Shown here: piece after piece, positions 1-13,338 of the stretch
Position numbering within the stretch: the first letter of the stretch is position 1
Layout: the number at the start of each line of letters is the position of its first letter
The notes under the pieces: model-generated
Seen by the model: only the letters and a program-made list of their open reading frames with translations
What the model was told of the DNA's origin: nothing
Database searches by the model: none
Position numbers and translations under genes: made by a program
DNA from: the human T2T-CHM13v2.0 reference genome, Homo sapiens
Length of the DNA: 64,000 nt
Strand: one strand, 5' to 3'
Assembly: GCF_009914755.1 (NCBI RefSeq)
Contig: NC_060926.1

Positions 1-195
1 GCCAGGCACTGCTCTGAGATCTTTATATGTACTGATTGACTTAAGCTTTACCTCTGTCCCATGAGGTAAACCCACTTGTTAACCACATGTCACCCGTGAG
101 GAAACTGAAGACCAGAGATGTCAGGGTCTTTCCGAGACTCACATAGCTAGTAAGTGGTAGAGCTGGGCTCCACACTCATGTTCTTTACTATGTGC
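1..195 (-). mobile_element. MIR SINE
   Basis: Reverse-complement MIR core (gaggaaactgaag...cacatagctagtaagtggtagagctgg). Confidence 0.8.
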
Positions 196-204
196 TATGT
201 TTGT

Positions 205-782
205 GATGTTAGCACCAGGAAAGTTAACGTGGTCTTAGGCTGCATTAATAAAAATATAAAAACTAGAACAAGGAGAATGGTGGTAGATCCCTGACCTCAT
301 GTAGGCTTCTCCAAGCCCATTTTGAGTACAGTGTTCACTCCTGGAGGCAAGTTCCCACAGAGCTCAGCTCCAGGAAACTGGGCAATGCAGTGGCCTTGCC
401 TGGATGCCATCTTTAAAGAAGAGTTTCATTGGCAAGCTGAATATGTTTGAATGGTTAACTGAGAGAAGACTTGAAGGGATTTTACCCAATATCTTTCTTC
501 AAATATCTAAAAGCTTGCACTGTAGAAAAGAGTTTAGACCTTTTTGGTCTGTGTCCAGCTAGCACCAAGGAGTAGAAGTTCCAAGGAAGGAGATTTTTGG
601 CTTGATGTCAGTCATAGCTTTCTGAAGATGGAATGAGCTGTTCATAAGAGAATATGATTTCCATCTTTAAGGTGCTAAGACAAAGGCTGAAGAAATGTGA
701 TGGTGATGGTTTTCATAATCTTCAAGCTCGAGCAGATGGTTGAGCTAAAAATACTTTAAGGTCATTCCCAAATCTGAAATAC
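205..782 (+). mobile_element. L3/CR1 LINE 3' remnant
   Basis: gtcttaggctgcattaata...ttcaaatatctaaaagc...aaggtcattcccaaatctga follows the L3 3' consensus. Confidence 0.65.
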
Positions 783-1039
783 TTGGGTGTTTCCCAAAAT
801 GCTATTTTTAAAAAAGCCTTTTTATTTTTAGCCAACATTACTGATTACTCATTGTTATCTATGTGGGTTCCAGGACCTACTATTAAGCGACAGGGATGGT
901 TCATAAAGAAAAATAAGACATATGCATTCCTCACATATGGTTGCCATTGACACATCAGACCATTTCATGCATAAACCAGGAAGAGGACAAACAAGGTCCA
1001 TGTAACCTGTTGGAATAATTTGCTTCTTACTTATTTACT

Positions 1040-1320
1040 TATTAAAATTTTTTTTAATTTTTAATTTTTGTGGGTACATAGGAGGTGTATATATTTTTGG
1101 GGTACATGAGATGTTCTGATACAAGCATGTAATGTGTAACAATTATATCATGAAAAATGGGGTATCCATCCCCTCAAGCATTTCTCTTTTGTGTTACAAA
1201 CAATCCAATTATACTGTTTTAGTTACTTTTAAATGTACAATTAACTTATTATTGATTATAGTCATCTTGTTGTGTTATCAATTACTAGGTCTTATTCATT
1301 CTTCCTATTTTTTTGTACCC
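1040..1320 (-). mobile_element. L1MA-type 3' end fragment
   Basis: tttttgtgggtacata...ggggtatccatcccctcaagcattt...caatccaattatac is characteristic of L1MA 3' UTRs. Confidence 0.8.
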
Positions 1321-1593
1321 ATAGAATTTACTTTTTTCCTTCTCATGTCATTTTCTATGGCTCCTGGCTGTTTTAAATACAATTTAGCCTAATGCATTGA
1401 CTGTTGTCAATTTGTGCATAAGGACAGCTACTTGGTGGGATGAACAGAATGAAAAGGATAATTCAATTTAGGGATTTGGAAATTATGAGAAGACAGGAAT
1501 GTGAAATTATATTTTACTGATAATATTTTCATTATAAGATGCCCATTTTTCTGAGATATATACTCAGATTTCTTATGCATTCTTTCTTCAAAG

Positions 1594-1703
1594 GGATGGA
1601 GTTCCATGAAGAACTTCATAATTTGGGGGCAAAAGAAGGCTTGAAGGGAAGAAAACTCAACAAAGCAACTGAGAGCTTTGCTTGGAACATTACAGTATTG
1701 AAG
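1594..1703 (+). CDS. PLCL1: PLCL1 penultimate coding exon (110 nt; starts phase 1, ends phase 0)
   Basis: Acceptor tctttcttcaaag|GG and donor AAG|gtagat. Translates to (G)[36 protein letters not shown], recognised as the PLCL1/PLCL2 C-terminal region, and joins in frame to the exon at 44558. Confidence 0.95.
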
Positions 1704-1804
1704 GTAGATGAAACACTCAGATGTCCCCTGTGCCTTTACTTTTCTTCTCCTCATCTCTCCAATGTGTAGAGAAATGTAAAGGATTAAATATGATGGTTTG
1801 GATT

Positions 1805-3228
1805 TTTAAACCTTCACTTTAGATTCAGGGTTACATGTGCAGGTTTGTTATATAGGTAAACTGTGTGTCGCGGGGGGCTGGAGTGCAGATTATTTTGTCA
1901 CCCAAGTAATAAGCACCTAGTATGCAATAGGTAGTTTTTTGACCCTCTCTCTCCTCCCACCCTCCATCCTCATGTAGTCCCTGGTGTCTGCTGTTCCTCT
2001 CTTTGTGTCCATGTGGTCTCATTGTTTAGTTCCCACTTATAAGTGAGAATATATAGTATTTGGTTTTCTGTTTCTGCATTAGTTTGCTTAGGATAAAGCC
2101 CTCCAGCTCCATCCATGTTGCTGCAAAGGACATGATCTTATTCTTTTTTATGGCTGTGTAGTATTCTGTGGTGTATATGTACCACATTATCTTTATCCAG
2201 TCCACTATTGACGGACATGTAGGTTGATTCCATGCTTTGCTATTGTGAATAGTGCTGTGACAAACAGACATGTCCATGTGTCTTTATGGTAGAAGGAATT
2301 ATATTCCTTTGTGTATATACCCACTAATGGGATTGCTGGGGTCAAATGGTAATTCTGTTTTAAGTTCTTTGAGAAATTGTCACACTGCTTTCCACATGGC
2401 TGAATGAATTTACATTCCCACCAGCATTGTATAAACATTCGCTTTTCTCCACAACCTTGCCAGCATGTGTTATTTTCTGACTTTTAGCTATTCTGACTGT
2501 GAGATGGTATCTCACTGTGGTTTTGATTTGGATTTCTCTAAGGATTAGTGATGTTGAACACCTTTTTATATGCTTGTTGGCCGCGTATATGTCTTCTTTT
2601 GAAAAGTGTCTGTTCACGTCCTTTGTCTGCTTTCTAATGGGGTGTTTATTTTTTTGCTTGTTAAGTTCCTTATAAATTCTGAATGTTAGACCTTCGTTGG
2701 ATGCATAGTTTGCAAATATCTTCTCCCATTCTGTAGGTTGTCTGTTTGCTGTCTTGATAGTTTCTTTTGCTGTGCAGAAGTTCTTTAATTAGATCCCACT
2801 GTCAATTTTTGTTTTTATTGTAATTGCTTTTGGTGTCTTTGTCATGAAATCTTTATTAGGTCCTATGTCCAGAATGGTATTTCCTAGGTTAACTTCCAGA
2901 GATTTTATAGTTTTAGGTTTTACATTTAAGTCTTTAATCCATGTTGAGTGATTTTTGTATATGGTACAAGGAAGAGGTCCAATTTCAATCTTCTGCACAT
3001 GACTAGCTAGTTATTCCAGCACCACTTATTGAATAGGGAGTCCTTTCTCTATTGCTTGTTGTTGTTGACTTTATTGAAGCTGAGATGGTTGTAGGTGTGC
3101 AGCATTATTTCTGAGCTCTCTATTCTGTTCCATTGGTCTATATGTCTGTTTTTGTACCAATGCCATGCTGTTTTGATTACTGTAGCCTTGTAGTATCGTT
3201 TGAAGTTGGGTCAAGTGATGGCTTCAGG
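1805..3228 (-). mobile_element. Older L1PA (L1PA13-16-like), 5'-truncated
   Basis: L1 3' UTR plus broken ORF2 C-terminus on the minus strand (…[26 protein letters not shown]…, [13 protein letters not shown]…). Confidence 0.9.
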
Positions 3229-3367
3229 AATGTGTGGCTTGATCTCTAGGTTCATACTCTAGGAGATGGGGAGCTGCATACTGGAATTAACATGGTTTTT
3301 GCCTTAATAAGGCAATGAGGTTTTCGGTGCAGGCAGGGTACAGCCCATGTGTGAGATTAATTTGCCT

Positions 3368-3368
<1 letters not shown>

Positions 3369-3414
<46 letters not shown>
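3369..3414. repeat. (GT)23 microsatellite
   Basis: Read directly from the sequence. Confidence 0.97.
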
Positions 3415-3416
<2 letters not shown>

Positions 3417-3784
3417 ACTCACATGAATACTTACGTTCAAGTCAATATGGCTGTTCTTGTTTGTGGAAAGAATAATGACAAATGCTTCTGGGGAAGATTC
3501 CAACACAAATGATTTTGAAGAGACAAAGTACAAAATATCTAGGGCCATTGAGGATTTTTATTTTAAGAACAGTTCCTATAAATACATTTCTTTTTGCAAA
3601 TAACTTTGGAAGTCATTTTCTTGAGATTATGATTTGCTCTCTGCTGCACATGAATTTTAGAATTTTGAAGTAAATATGCCACTTTTTATATTTTCTTACA
3701 TGAAAAAAGAAATGATTTAGGCAGACAATATATTCTTGACAGCTAAATGGGAGAAAAATAGCTACAAACAAAATTAATAATTGC

Positions 3785-4730
3785 TGACATTTAAAGAACA
3801 CTCATTTTGTGCTAGGTACTGTTTTATGAGGTTTATATGAATTAACAATTTAATACTCACACCAACTCAGTATCGTTATTAATCTCATTTTACAGGTGAG
3901 AAAACGGAGGCATTGGAAGTCTGTGTATATTTCCTGAGGGCGCTCAGCTAGTAAATGGTGTAACTAAATTTTAAGCTCAGGCAGTCTGGCTCCAGACCCT
4001 GTGTCTTTAACCTGTGCTGCAGAGATGCTGCACATGTTTATGTGAAAGTGTTAGGTTAGCTGTAAGACATATTACAAATGTCTATTAAAAATTCAGTCCA
4101 CAAGTGATAAGCCCCTACTATGCATTGGGCTCTGTGCTAGGCACTGGGAATACGTGGAGAACATGAGATACAGACCCTGACCTCATGAAGTTAGCAGTCT
4201 GAGTCCAGTGGAGGAGGGGGATGGATAAGGCATCATTTGCTTAAGGAGCAGGGATGACCTAGAGCTGTAGTGTTAAAGAGGTGCTTATTATAACCCTAGA
4301 TTATAATGTGGCAGTGTGTACCCTGATATAAACATTTTATGTTCAGAAGATTTTATATGGGCTTGTTAATGTGCCTGTCACAGAAAGGTGCTAGGGATAC
4401 AAATATCAGGAGGATTACCTGGGTCTCCAAGACTAGTCTATAAGGAGAGACAGACATGTAACTAATAATGGCCATCAATTGTTCAGCACTTATTTTGTGA
4501 TCAGCACTCAAGGCTAGGTACTTTATGTACATTTCCCCTTTCTTCCTTGCCACAACAGTGCAATCTTGCAACATGACATGCTGACTCTGATAGGACTCTC
4601 TCCATCTCACAAATGAGGAAATTGAGGCTTGTGGGGGTTGAAATTTCTTGCCTGGAGTCACACAGCTAGTAAATAGCCAGCCTGCAATTTTTAACTCACG
4701 CCCATGGTTCTATCCACTACACTGTTCTGC
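3785..4730 (-). mobile_element. Cluster of MIR (3785-4012, ~4460-4730) and L2 3'-end (~4090-4210, ~4360-4460) fragments
   Basis: MIR cores (cattttacaggtgagaaaac; gaggaaattgaggct…cacagctagtaa) and L2 tail (ctactatgcattgggctctgtgctaggcactgg). Confidence 0.7.
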
Positions 4731-4764
4731 CTCCTCTAAAACTCCATCCATGTGGCTGAGTCCC

Positions 4765-5134
4765 TGTATTAGTCTTTTCTCACGCTGCTAATAAAGACGT
4801 ACCCGAGAGTGGGTAATTAATTTATAAGAGAAAGAGGTTTAATTGTCTCACAATTCAGCATGGCTGGGAGGGCCACAGGAAACTTACAGTCATGGTGCAA
4901 GAGGAAGCAAACATGTCCTTTTTCATATGGCAGCAGCAAGGAGAAGTGCTGAGCAAAAGGTGGAAAAGCCCTTTATAAAACCATCAGATCTTGTGAGAAC
5001 TCACTCACTATTATGAAAACAGCATGAGGATAACCTCCCTTATGATTTGATTACCTCCCACCAGGTCCCTCCTACAACACGTGGGGATTGTGGGAACAAC
5101 AATTCAAGATGACATTTGGGTCCAAACCATATCA
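4765..5134 (-). mobile_element. THE1C/D solo LTR (ERVL-MaLR) with perfect 5-bp TSD GTCCC
   Basis: tgtattagtc…ccaaaccatatca termini; GTCCC at 4760-4764 and 5135-5139. Confidence 0.92.
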
Positions 5135-5149
5135 GTCCCATTGGGTCCA

Positions 5150-5347
5150 GGCAGCCTAGTGCAGGAATAAGAATGCAGGCCCTGTGTGATTACCTGATAG
5201 TGGTGAGACTAGCCAAGTTATATAATCTCCCTCAGGGTGGTAATAATACCTACATCTCAGATTTTGTGAGAATTAAATGAGATAATACATACAAAAGATG
5301 TAAGTCACAGTGCACAAAACTAGACAGCATATATGTTAGCTGTTATT
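5150..5347 (+). mobile_element. MIR SINE
   Basis: taataatacctacatctcag…gtgagaattaaatgagataata…atgttagctgttatt. Confidence 0.7.
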
Positions 5348-6837
5348 TGTTTGTTTGCCAGGTGAGGATAAACATGGAGAAATGAGGTTTTTGTTATTTT
5401 TATTTCTTTGTTAACTTCTGACTTAAGCCCACTTAGTGTTGTCAGAGATTTCTTAATGTTTTTGTTTGGTTTAGTAACAGAAGCTGATTGTTAGATGTGA
5501 TTGAGCAAATGCTGTTCAAATTATTCCAAGAGAGAGCTTTTCAGACAGAATTGATTTTCTATTATTATAACTCACATACTAGCTGCTGGTATTTCAGCTT
5601 GAGCACTAGAGTAGTGGACTACTACTAAACAAGAGTAGAGAACATTTCCACACTTCCAATAGCTCCTTTTTCTCCTCCATTGAGTTTGGGGCCTGTTAAT
5701 CTGGTGTCCTTTCCCCAAGAGCTGGACAAATGACCTCCTTTGAATTTGAATTATTAGCTGAGAGAAAAAGAGCCTGGGCTCTGTTGGAGACTTTTTATTC
5801 CAGTGGTGCTGCTCTAAGAAGATATCTTTTTCTATACGATTCTTCCTTTAGTTCTTATGCATTAGATCTGAAACACTTGATTCCCAATTAATTCTCCAGA
5901 CTTGCTATTGATTTTCAGAGCTCCTCTAAGTATTTTAATAAATGCTCTTTGTTTATAAGTTTAGTAGATTCAATTTACCTTGCTTCCAGTTGGTTGAATG
6001 ATTAATAACCATCCTGGAAAGACATAATCACTGAATTAGGAGGCTGTGGTACAATTCTGCGTTGCCTACTGAAAAAGTTTCCTTATACATGATTTAGACT
6101 AGTATTCCCTACTATCTAGAGAGAGGGAGTGGGAATTAACCAATTCTGGTTAAATGTGTTGGTTTGTATTTCTAAAAATATTTAATTCCAGTGTAATTTC
6201 CAATAAGTAAGGAAGGAGCTGGAAAAAAATGAGAAATGTGCCCTCAGCAAGTTGGGGGATTGACAGCATGGAGTGGTGCAAAGGGGCATTGGCTTTAGAG
6301 TAAATTGAGCTGAGACTGAAAAATAAATTGTTTAGTGTTTTCTGCAGTTCAATATTACATTTATCTGATATTAAAAGCTGGAGAAAAAAATTGCAGAAAG
6401 AAAAATGACTAACGACAATATAATGAATAAGAATTATAATTACAGTGTCCAAATTGTTGCAGAGACCAGGACTTAGTATTTAGCAAGGAAACTGAAATCA
6501 AGGTGCTTCTGGAAGATCCCACACTTGTGTTTTTCTTTAATTCATATTCTAGCACCTACGTGGGTCCAGTATAGGGACTTGTTTAGCGTATCTTTTGCAT
6601 TTTTCCATACTTTTGCCATATGTCTATATCCAACTGTAGCAGTCAATTTGCTCTTCCTTTCTTTCTTTTTCACTATTGTACATGAAATTGGTCTCCTTAC
6701 ATAGCCATTGTGTTTATTTAGGATGATAGGATGATTCAGTCCTCACTACCTTTTCAAGACAATCACTGGATCAAAATAACTCCATTCCATTCCACCCTCA
6801 CATGTTAAAAGACCTTTCCCTCTGTTTCTTCTCCATG

Positions 6838-7214
6838 ATGTCCTTCTTGTGCTGATATAATAAAATACCTGAGACTGGGTAATTTATAAACAACAGAAAT
6901 TTATTTCTCACAGTTCTTGGGGCTGAGAAATCCAAGATCAAGGCAGGAGTGGATTTAGTGTCTGGTGAGAGCACAGTCTCTTCTTCCAAGATGGTGACTT
7001 CTTGCTTCGTCTTTCAGAGGGGAGGAACGGTGTCTCCTCAAATGGCTGAAGGGAAAGAAAGGCAAAAGAAGGTAAAAGGGCCTAGCTAGTTCCCTCCAGC
7101 CCTTTTACAGGGCACTAATCACCTCCTAAAGGCCTTACCTCTTGATATTATTGCATTGGGGATTAAGTTCCAACATGAATTTTGGAAGGGACACAAACAT
7201 TCAAACTATAGACA
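6838..7214 (-). mobile_element. MaLR solo LTR (MSTD/MLT1A-like)
   Basis: gagactgggtaatttataaacaacagaaatttatttctcacagttc…ggacacaaacattcaaactatag. Confidence 0.8.
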
Positions 7215-8799
7215 TTTGGTTGTTAACATAATATTAAAATCTCAAAATGGAAATTTTTCCTGTTTTTTAAGGCTTTCAGAAAGGGATACTACAACTTCAC
7301 TTACGTAGCCAACATATTCTAGTACATTGTTAGTAATTTTGGAAGTGTTTCACTCATGAGAGTTCTGAAGATCTCTTGGGAGCAAGATGTGGAATTACAC
7401 TATATCACTGATAAAATGCTATTTGCAATGAAGTGGAATTCATCTAAAGTCTTGAACTCTATCCAGAGTGATTTGACTTTTTAAGTACAAAAAGAACTGC
7501 ATTGTAAAGGTGATCACATCTATAAAACTGAAATTAGAAAGAACCCAAGGGGAGCATTTTAGTGAGCTTTCCCAATATATATTTTTCTAACTTGTCCTGT
7601 TGGCTATTTTAAGAAACTAAATTTTATTACTTTGTGTTTTTAAAAGTTTTATGTAAAAATCAATTTTAGCAGGCTGGAGAAGTATCAAGTAGAGATATAT
7701 AAAAATAATATTAAAGAAATATAATTAATAAATATTTTATTACAAAGGAAAAACTATGAAGTAGGTAATCACTAGAGCTTAAAGAGAAATAAAAGGGTTA
7801 AGAAGTAGCTGCCCTTCTTATTTATTCATGACTTTCATTGATTACTTGTTGAATAACAGGCAATAAATAAAAAATGAATATAACTATTACCTCTTCAATG
7901 GTCATTCCTATTAAATATGTATTTACACTTTTCCTGGATAGATTTCCAACTTATAATTTAATGCATTCCAATGTGTGCCATGATTCTGGGCTGCTTTTAT
8001 AAATTTATGTTTAGTATATGTGACTATTACTTTTCCCCATAACGCTTTTGCTTTTTATCACTACTTAAGCCTTTGCTCCTTCTGCTTTTATCTAAAACAT
8101 TTTCAATTTCCGTGGGAAGAGCAGAGATTGAAGCTTCTCACTTCTCCGTGTGTAGTTATGTTTCTAACCCAGGCAGATTCCCTCACTGAATTCCCGAATT
8201 TCAGGACCTTACAGTTCTGGGGAATCTTGCTACAACAGAGGAAATTACATGGATGTCAGTGTAGAAATACGCTTTCAATTAGAGCCTGAAAACACATTTG
8301 AAGTCTCTGTTCATTGTTGAGAGACAAAAGAAAGGAAACAGATGATGGGCTAATGGGAAAAGAAGTATGAGGAGAGGCATCCATCTCTGAAAGCTGAGTG
8401 AGAGTGAGAAGTGGGCTACCCTTCACTTACTGGCCATAGATATTTAAAATCATTCTATGAGATACTGTGGAGAGGGGGCTGTTAGTGTGAATGTTCAAAC
8501 CAGGCTCTTCCAACAGACATAGTGACCATGCCTTTGGGGGCTGCCTGAGGGTATATAAAGAAGGAACATGCCCAGTATCATCCACATTGTCTATTGAGAA
8601 CTTTTCCAGTGGTGTCTCTGGCATCTGCCAGCTGTTGTTGCTGTAGAATCTAGAGAAAGGCTAGGATTCCTTTTGAGTATTCAGAAAAAAAAGTATATTT
8701 ACAAAGTGTAGAAACAGACCTCCAAACAACAACAATAATGCATTAATAATAAACCATCCTTAATATTGATATTATTATACTATCAATTATTGAGAAACA

Positions 8800-9345
8800 G
8801 CAGGCAAAGTGATTAAGTGTACAGACGCTGCAGCCAGACACTTCCTAGCTCTGTGTCTTTGGGAAAATTTTGTTTTGTCTCTATGCTCTTGTATCAGTTG
8901 GGGTATGCTGGGTTGTGCTATAGTAACAAAAATCTGAAAATCTACTACAATATAACACAATGGCTTATTTCTTGCTTGTACTACATGTCCATCACAGGTA
9001 AGTAATGGTCACTCAGGAACACAGGCTAATGGGGACTCCATCCCAGCAAATACTTCTACAATCCCAGAGGTAGGGATGCAAAAATGGTCTTTAAAAGCTT
9101 CTGCCCAGTAGAGTCACATGTCCCTTCCACTCACATTTGACTGGTCAAAGCAAGCCACAGTCAAGTCTGATTTCATGGAGTAGGACAAATGTAAACCTTC
9201 TCAGGGAAGAGGAGCAGATATTGGTAAATACAATCTACCAGTGACAAGTTCTTCAACTACCCCTTATAATGTGGACTAAATGAGTAAATATATATAAAGC
9301 AGTATCTGGCACATGCTATATGAGTGTTTGTTATTTTTATTATTA
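8800..9345. mobile_element. MIR (+) interrupted by an old MLT1I/J-like LTR (-; ~8890-9242)
   Basis: MIR 5' part, then an MLT1-type body (tgctatagtaacaaa…ccactcacatttgactggtcaaagcaag…aatctacca), then the MIR 3' part. Confidence 0.6.
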
Positions 9346-9349
9346 AAAA

Positions 9350-9560
9350 TGAACATTCAGTGCTTACAATAATCAAGTGATTTTTACACAACATTTTAAT
9401 TACTTTTAAGGATAACCCTGTAAATTTACTCTTATTATACCCATTTTACAGATAGGGGAAATGAGGCTCAGGAGGTTAAGAACCTTCCCATTGGCATACA
9501 GGAAGTGAGTGATGGAGCAAGGATTTAACTCTAAAGGCCATGTTGTCATCCCACTATGCT
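9350..9560 (-). mobile_element. MIR SINE
   Basis: cccattttacagataggggaaatgaggctcaggaggttaag. Confidence 0.75.
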
Positions 9561-11107
9561 ATATTGTCAAAATACTGACAGCACCATAATAGTAATGGTT
9601 TGTATTAACTGAGCACTTTCTATGTATCAAGTATCCTACCAAGTGTTTTATATTTATTATTTTACTTATCTAAGGGAGTGAGTGTCCTGCCCATCTAGCA
9701 TGAATATTTCAATCACCTTGACAGAATATGCCTACTGTCAGTAGTCAGTGGTTAGTGCAGAAAGCTACAGCGAGAGAGTGTATCTTGAGAATAATTTATT
9801 TACAACACTATATTTACAAAACAACTCTCTTTTCTCAATCTGGTTTCCCAGGTACACTTTTCTAGTGGAAAATAGAATGAATTGACCAAGTGGTATAACT
9901 AGTTCCATCTGCCCAGTAGTCACATTTCTCTTTGTAAGTAAATCAGTTAACTTCCTTTTTTATTTGTCCATCTCCTATGAGCTTGGTTAGCATGAATCAG
10001 CTTCCCAGGGCCTGATCACCCCTGAGCGAATGGATACAGTTGAGTCCTTGGACAGGTACGATTGGGAATCACGGAAGCAAAGCAAAACAACAACAACAAT
10101 ACCAAAGCAGAAGACCAGACCCAGGACCCCTGAGAGCCCAGCCAGCCTCCTCTTGTTTCTCTTGGACAGCTTTGCTATTCATTGGCTTTTAGTCTGGACA
10201 TTGCTAGCTGCCATTTCTTGATGGGACAGAGGAAGTTCAAGAGCCATGCCTCTAGCAAAAACTTTACAAAGGCTATACTCCTTTCATATTCCTTCCTCAT
10301 GCCCCCTCCTCCACAGCCACAGTTCTACTGTTCAGGCCTACAATCTGTCCTTTATCAACTGAGGAGTTACAGCAGAATCTATTCTGTGTCTCCTCTAGGC
10401 AACATTTACTTCTTCAATTTTCATTTTGTTGTAAAGTTTATTTCAATTTTTTTGTCTATTAAACGTTTAAAAATAATGTTGGAATTTTGGCAAACAGTTA
10501 CGGTTAACAGTCATGCCAGAAACATTTGGTGAACGCAACTGGGAGGGGCAAAATAGGGATGAAGCCAAAATTGAGGGTCTTATTCCAGTGGCAGCCAGTT
10601 TAGTCTCGCTCAACCTAGTAAGCCCTCAACTCACTTGGAATCTTAGCCAGCTGCTTTACAATGGATATCATTGATTACCAGGAAGAAGGTGGGTGGCAGA
10701 AGGGAGAGAATGGATGGATCACTTCTAGAAAAACAGCTTGAATCTCATATGTCAGTACCATTATTTTTATACACAAAAGAAAATATTATTAAGCCTTATA
10801 AAGTGTAGAGTATACATTTAGAAGGCATAGCATCTATCTGGGGGTTATAAACTAAGTTTGATATATTTATCTGTGGACGAGGTATCTGAAAAGATACTCC
10901 TAGACACATTTGTAGAATCTTGTTATTGTTTGGCTAATTAGTGCAAAATAAAGACCCTTCTCTCCCACCTCAAGAAGGTGATGTTATTTCCACACTGACA
11001 TTTATAAATAAGGAAGTGCAATGCATAAATGAGGCTTATAATCCATAAATTAGCAAACAATAATTTAACAAATTTTTATTTCATTTTATTTTTGGTGAAA
11101 CCAAATT

Positions 11108-11362
11108 TATTAATTCAACAAATGTATCTGTTACGTCTTTACTAGGTGACAGGCTTTGTGCTTGGGAATGTACTGGTGAATAAAAATGTGGCCTTCTGGT
11201 CTCAGAGCTGACAGTCTAGTGGGGGAAGCTGTCATTTAACAAGCACATGATGTGTGTTAAATTTGTCCTTATGATGGGTGCCTTAAAAAAGTGCATGACA
11301 CTATGAGAGTGTGCAATGGGATTTGACCTAATGGGAGAGGCCAGGGAAGTATTCCACGAGGA
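11108..11362 (-). mobile_element. L2 3' fragment
   Basis: attcaacaaatgtat…agctgacagtctagtggggga is a reverse-complement L2 tail. Confidence 0.7.
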
Positions 11363-12570
11363 AATACCAGTACAGTGGTGAGTAAATATTCCAGCCTTTC
11401 ATGGATTCCAAAACCCTGCCTTGTATCTTGATACTTGAGTGTGGTTGCCAAAACAATTTGAAAATAATGGTGAAAAGAAAACACATCAAAATAAAGATGT
11501 GCCGGACCTCTTCAACATGGTCTGGGGAGTTCTAAAATTTCTGCCTTGCTCATTTAATTACCACTCATTAGCATTATGGCTAATTTGTTATTATATCAAA
11601 TCTGGCCATATTAATTACAAATTAATTTAATCATCCACCTTCTAAAATATAATCTGCAGCGAAGTTTTATAACCATGTGTATCCATAAAATTCATTTAAT
11701 AGCTTATAGTTGCAGAGGAGGATGTTATAAGGTTGGTTTCTGAGAAATTTCTACAATTTAAAGCTGAAAAGATGCAGAGAGAGAGAGAGAGTTATATAAT
11801 ATAGAATATTAGTATTAGTGTTAGATATATGGGTAAATTTTTTGAAGTATAATTGATGCATCTATAATTTAAAAAAAGCCACAAGTTTAAAACATTATTT
11901 CAAACAGCTCTTATCCAACAATATAGGACAGTTTAAATAGAATGTTAATGCTTCTTAGCAATAGGCAGACTGGTTACATGGTGTCCAGATTTCTGCCTTG
12001 GGTGGCTGCATCCCAGCTGTGCTGCCCAGGAGTTTAGTAGAGATAAAAGCCGGGCTGTTGACATGATTATGGAAGCACACACCACTTTATCTCCAGTAGA
12101 ACTAAATTTAGCATCTCTTGGAGGTACACTTTTTTTTTTCAGATGAAAGCTGCATTTTATAATGAATCTGAATAATTCAAAAGTGGCAGGATCCTAATGA
12201 ATAGATGCATCATAGACCAGAGGACTTGGCTCCAACTTGTGAAGTTATTGAAGGTCTTACTTTTCTTTCAGGAAAATTTTCCTTAGAGAAAATTTGTTTC
12301 TTACACACAGAGTTTTAGCCTAAGGTGAGTTGTAGCTTAAGTGAGTTTGATGTCTTAACTCTGCATTAAGTATTTCTTACAGTGATATAAGTGGAAAGAA
12401 AACATTGATAACCAAATTGTTTCATTCTGGTTCCTTACAGCTCTTGTAGGTTTTATACTCACAAGCTCCTTTTCTGATATTGTTACTCAAGGAAGACAAA
12501 AATGGGCTACATCTATCTAATTTCCTTATTGTTAATCCAAATCAGAGCAAAATGAGTTCACTTCTCTGAA

Positions 12571-12635
12571 TGTGTGTGTGTGTGTGTGTGCATATATATA
12601 TCTATATATACATATACATATATACACACATATAT
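12571..12635. repeat. (TG)n/(TA)n/(CA)n compound microsatellite
   Basis: Read directly from the sequence. Confidence 0.85.
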
Positions 12636-12652
12636 GGTATGCACACAGACAT

Positions 12653-13320
12653 TGTCAAATAAAGTCAAATCTGAATTTAGATAGAGAATCTGTTCAAAAG
12701 AATTATCACAATAAGGAGAGGGGACTACTGTGATAGGGGAACTATTGTAATGGGGAGAATGCTCCTACCTTAAGATCTGTAAGCATTTGAAAGGCCAGGC
12801 AGAAAGGATTTTTCTTTTATAGGGAAGGGCACAGAAGGTCAGAAAGAAGCACATATGAGGGAGTGGGTAGCGTGATCCCACAGTTGATCCTACAGTGAGG
12901 AAACATCTTTCCTGTGGTCAGTCCTTTCTTGGTAAGAGGCGATTAAGGAGAGGCTGTGTGCTGTCTCAGGATGAGAGTGGGTCAAAGTTCCAGGGCCTAA
13001 GGGGAAGAGAGAAGCCTAATTAAAGTTTGGCCAAGTCCAGGTAGTAGGTATCAATATTTTCTCCAGATTGGTTAGTGGACACAAACAGACAAACAGTTCA
13101 GCTAGTCATTTATGAGGCAAGAAAGGGAATTTGAAAGGTCTGTGTCTGGCCATGTCACAGATAAACAAGGGAGATTCCATGAGTCTTAGCCAAGTCCTAT
13201 GGGGAAGAGGGGTTCTTTGCAGTAAGTAAGGTCTTTTGAGGAACACAAAAGGATGAGGGGATTTCTTAACCATCCCTGATTTCCTGGAACACAGGGCTCA
13301 GATAAAGTTGAGCATTGTCA
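12653..13320 (-). mobile_element. ERV1-class solo LTR (MER67-like) with 4-bp TSD ACAT
   Basis: TG…CA termini; ACAT at 12649-12652 and 13321-13324. The minus strand begins tgacaatg…tttatctgagccctgtgttccagg. Confidence 0.75.
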
Positions 13321-13338
13321 ACATATGCATTTATATAT

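Noticed and set aside
1428-1769. ORFs 1539-1769 (+) and 1428-1754 (-) as standalone genes
   Set aside because: The + ORF is the PLCL1 exon running into intron on both sides; the - ORF is its antisense shadow.
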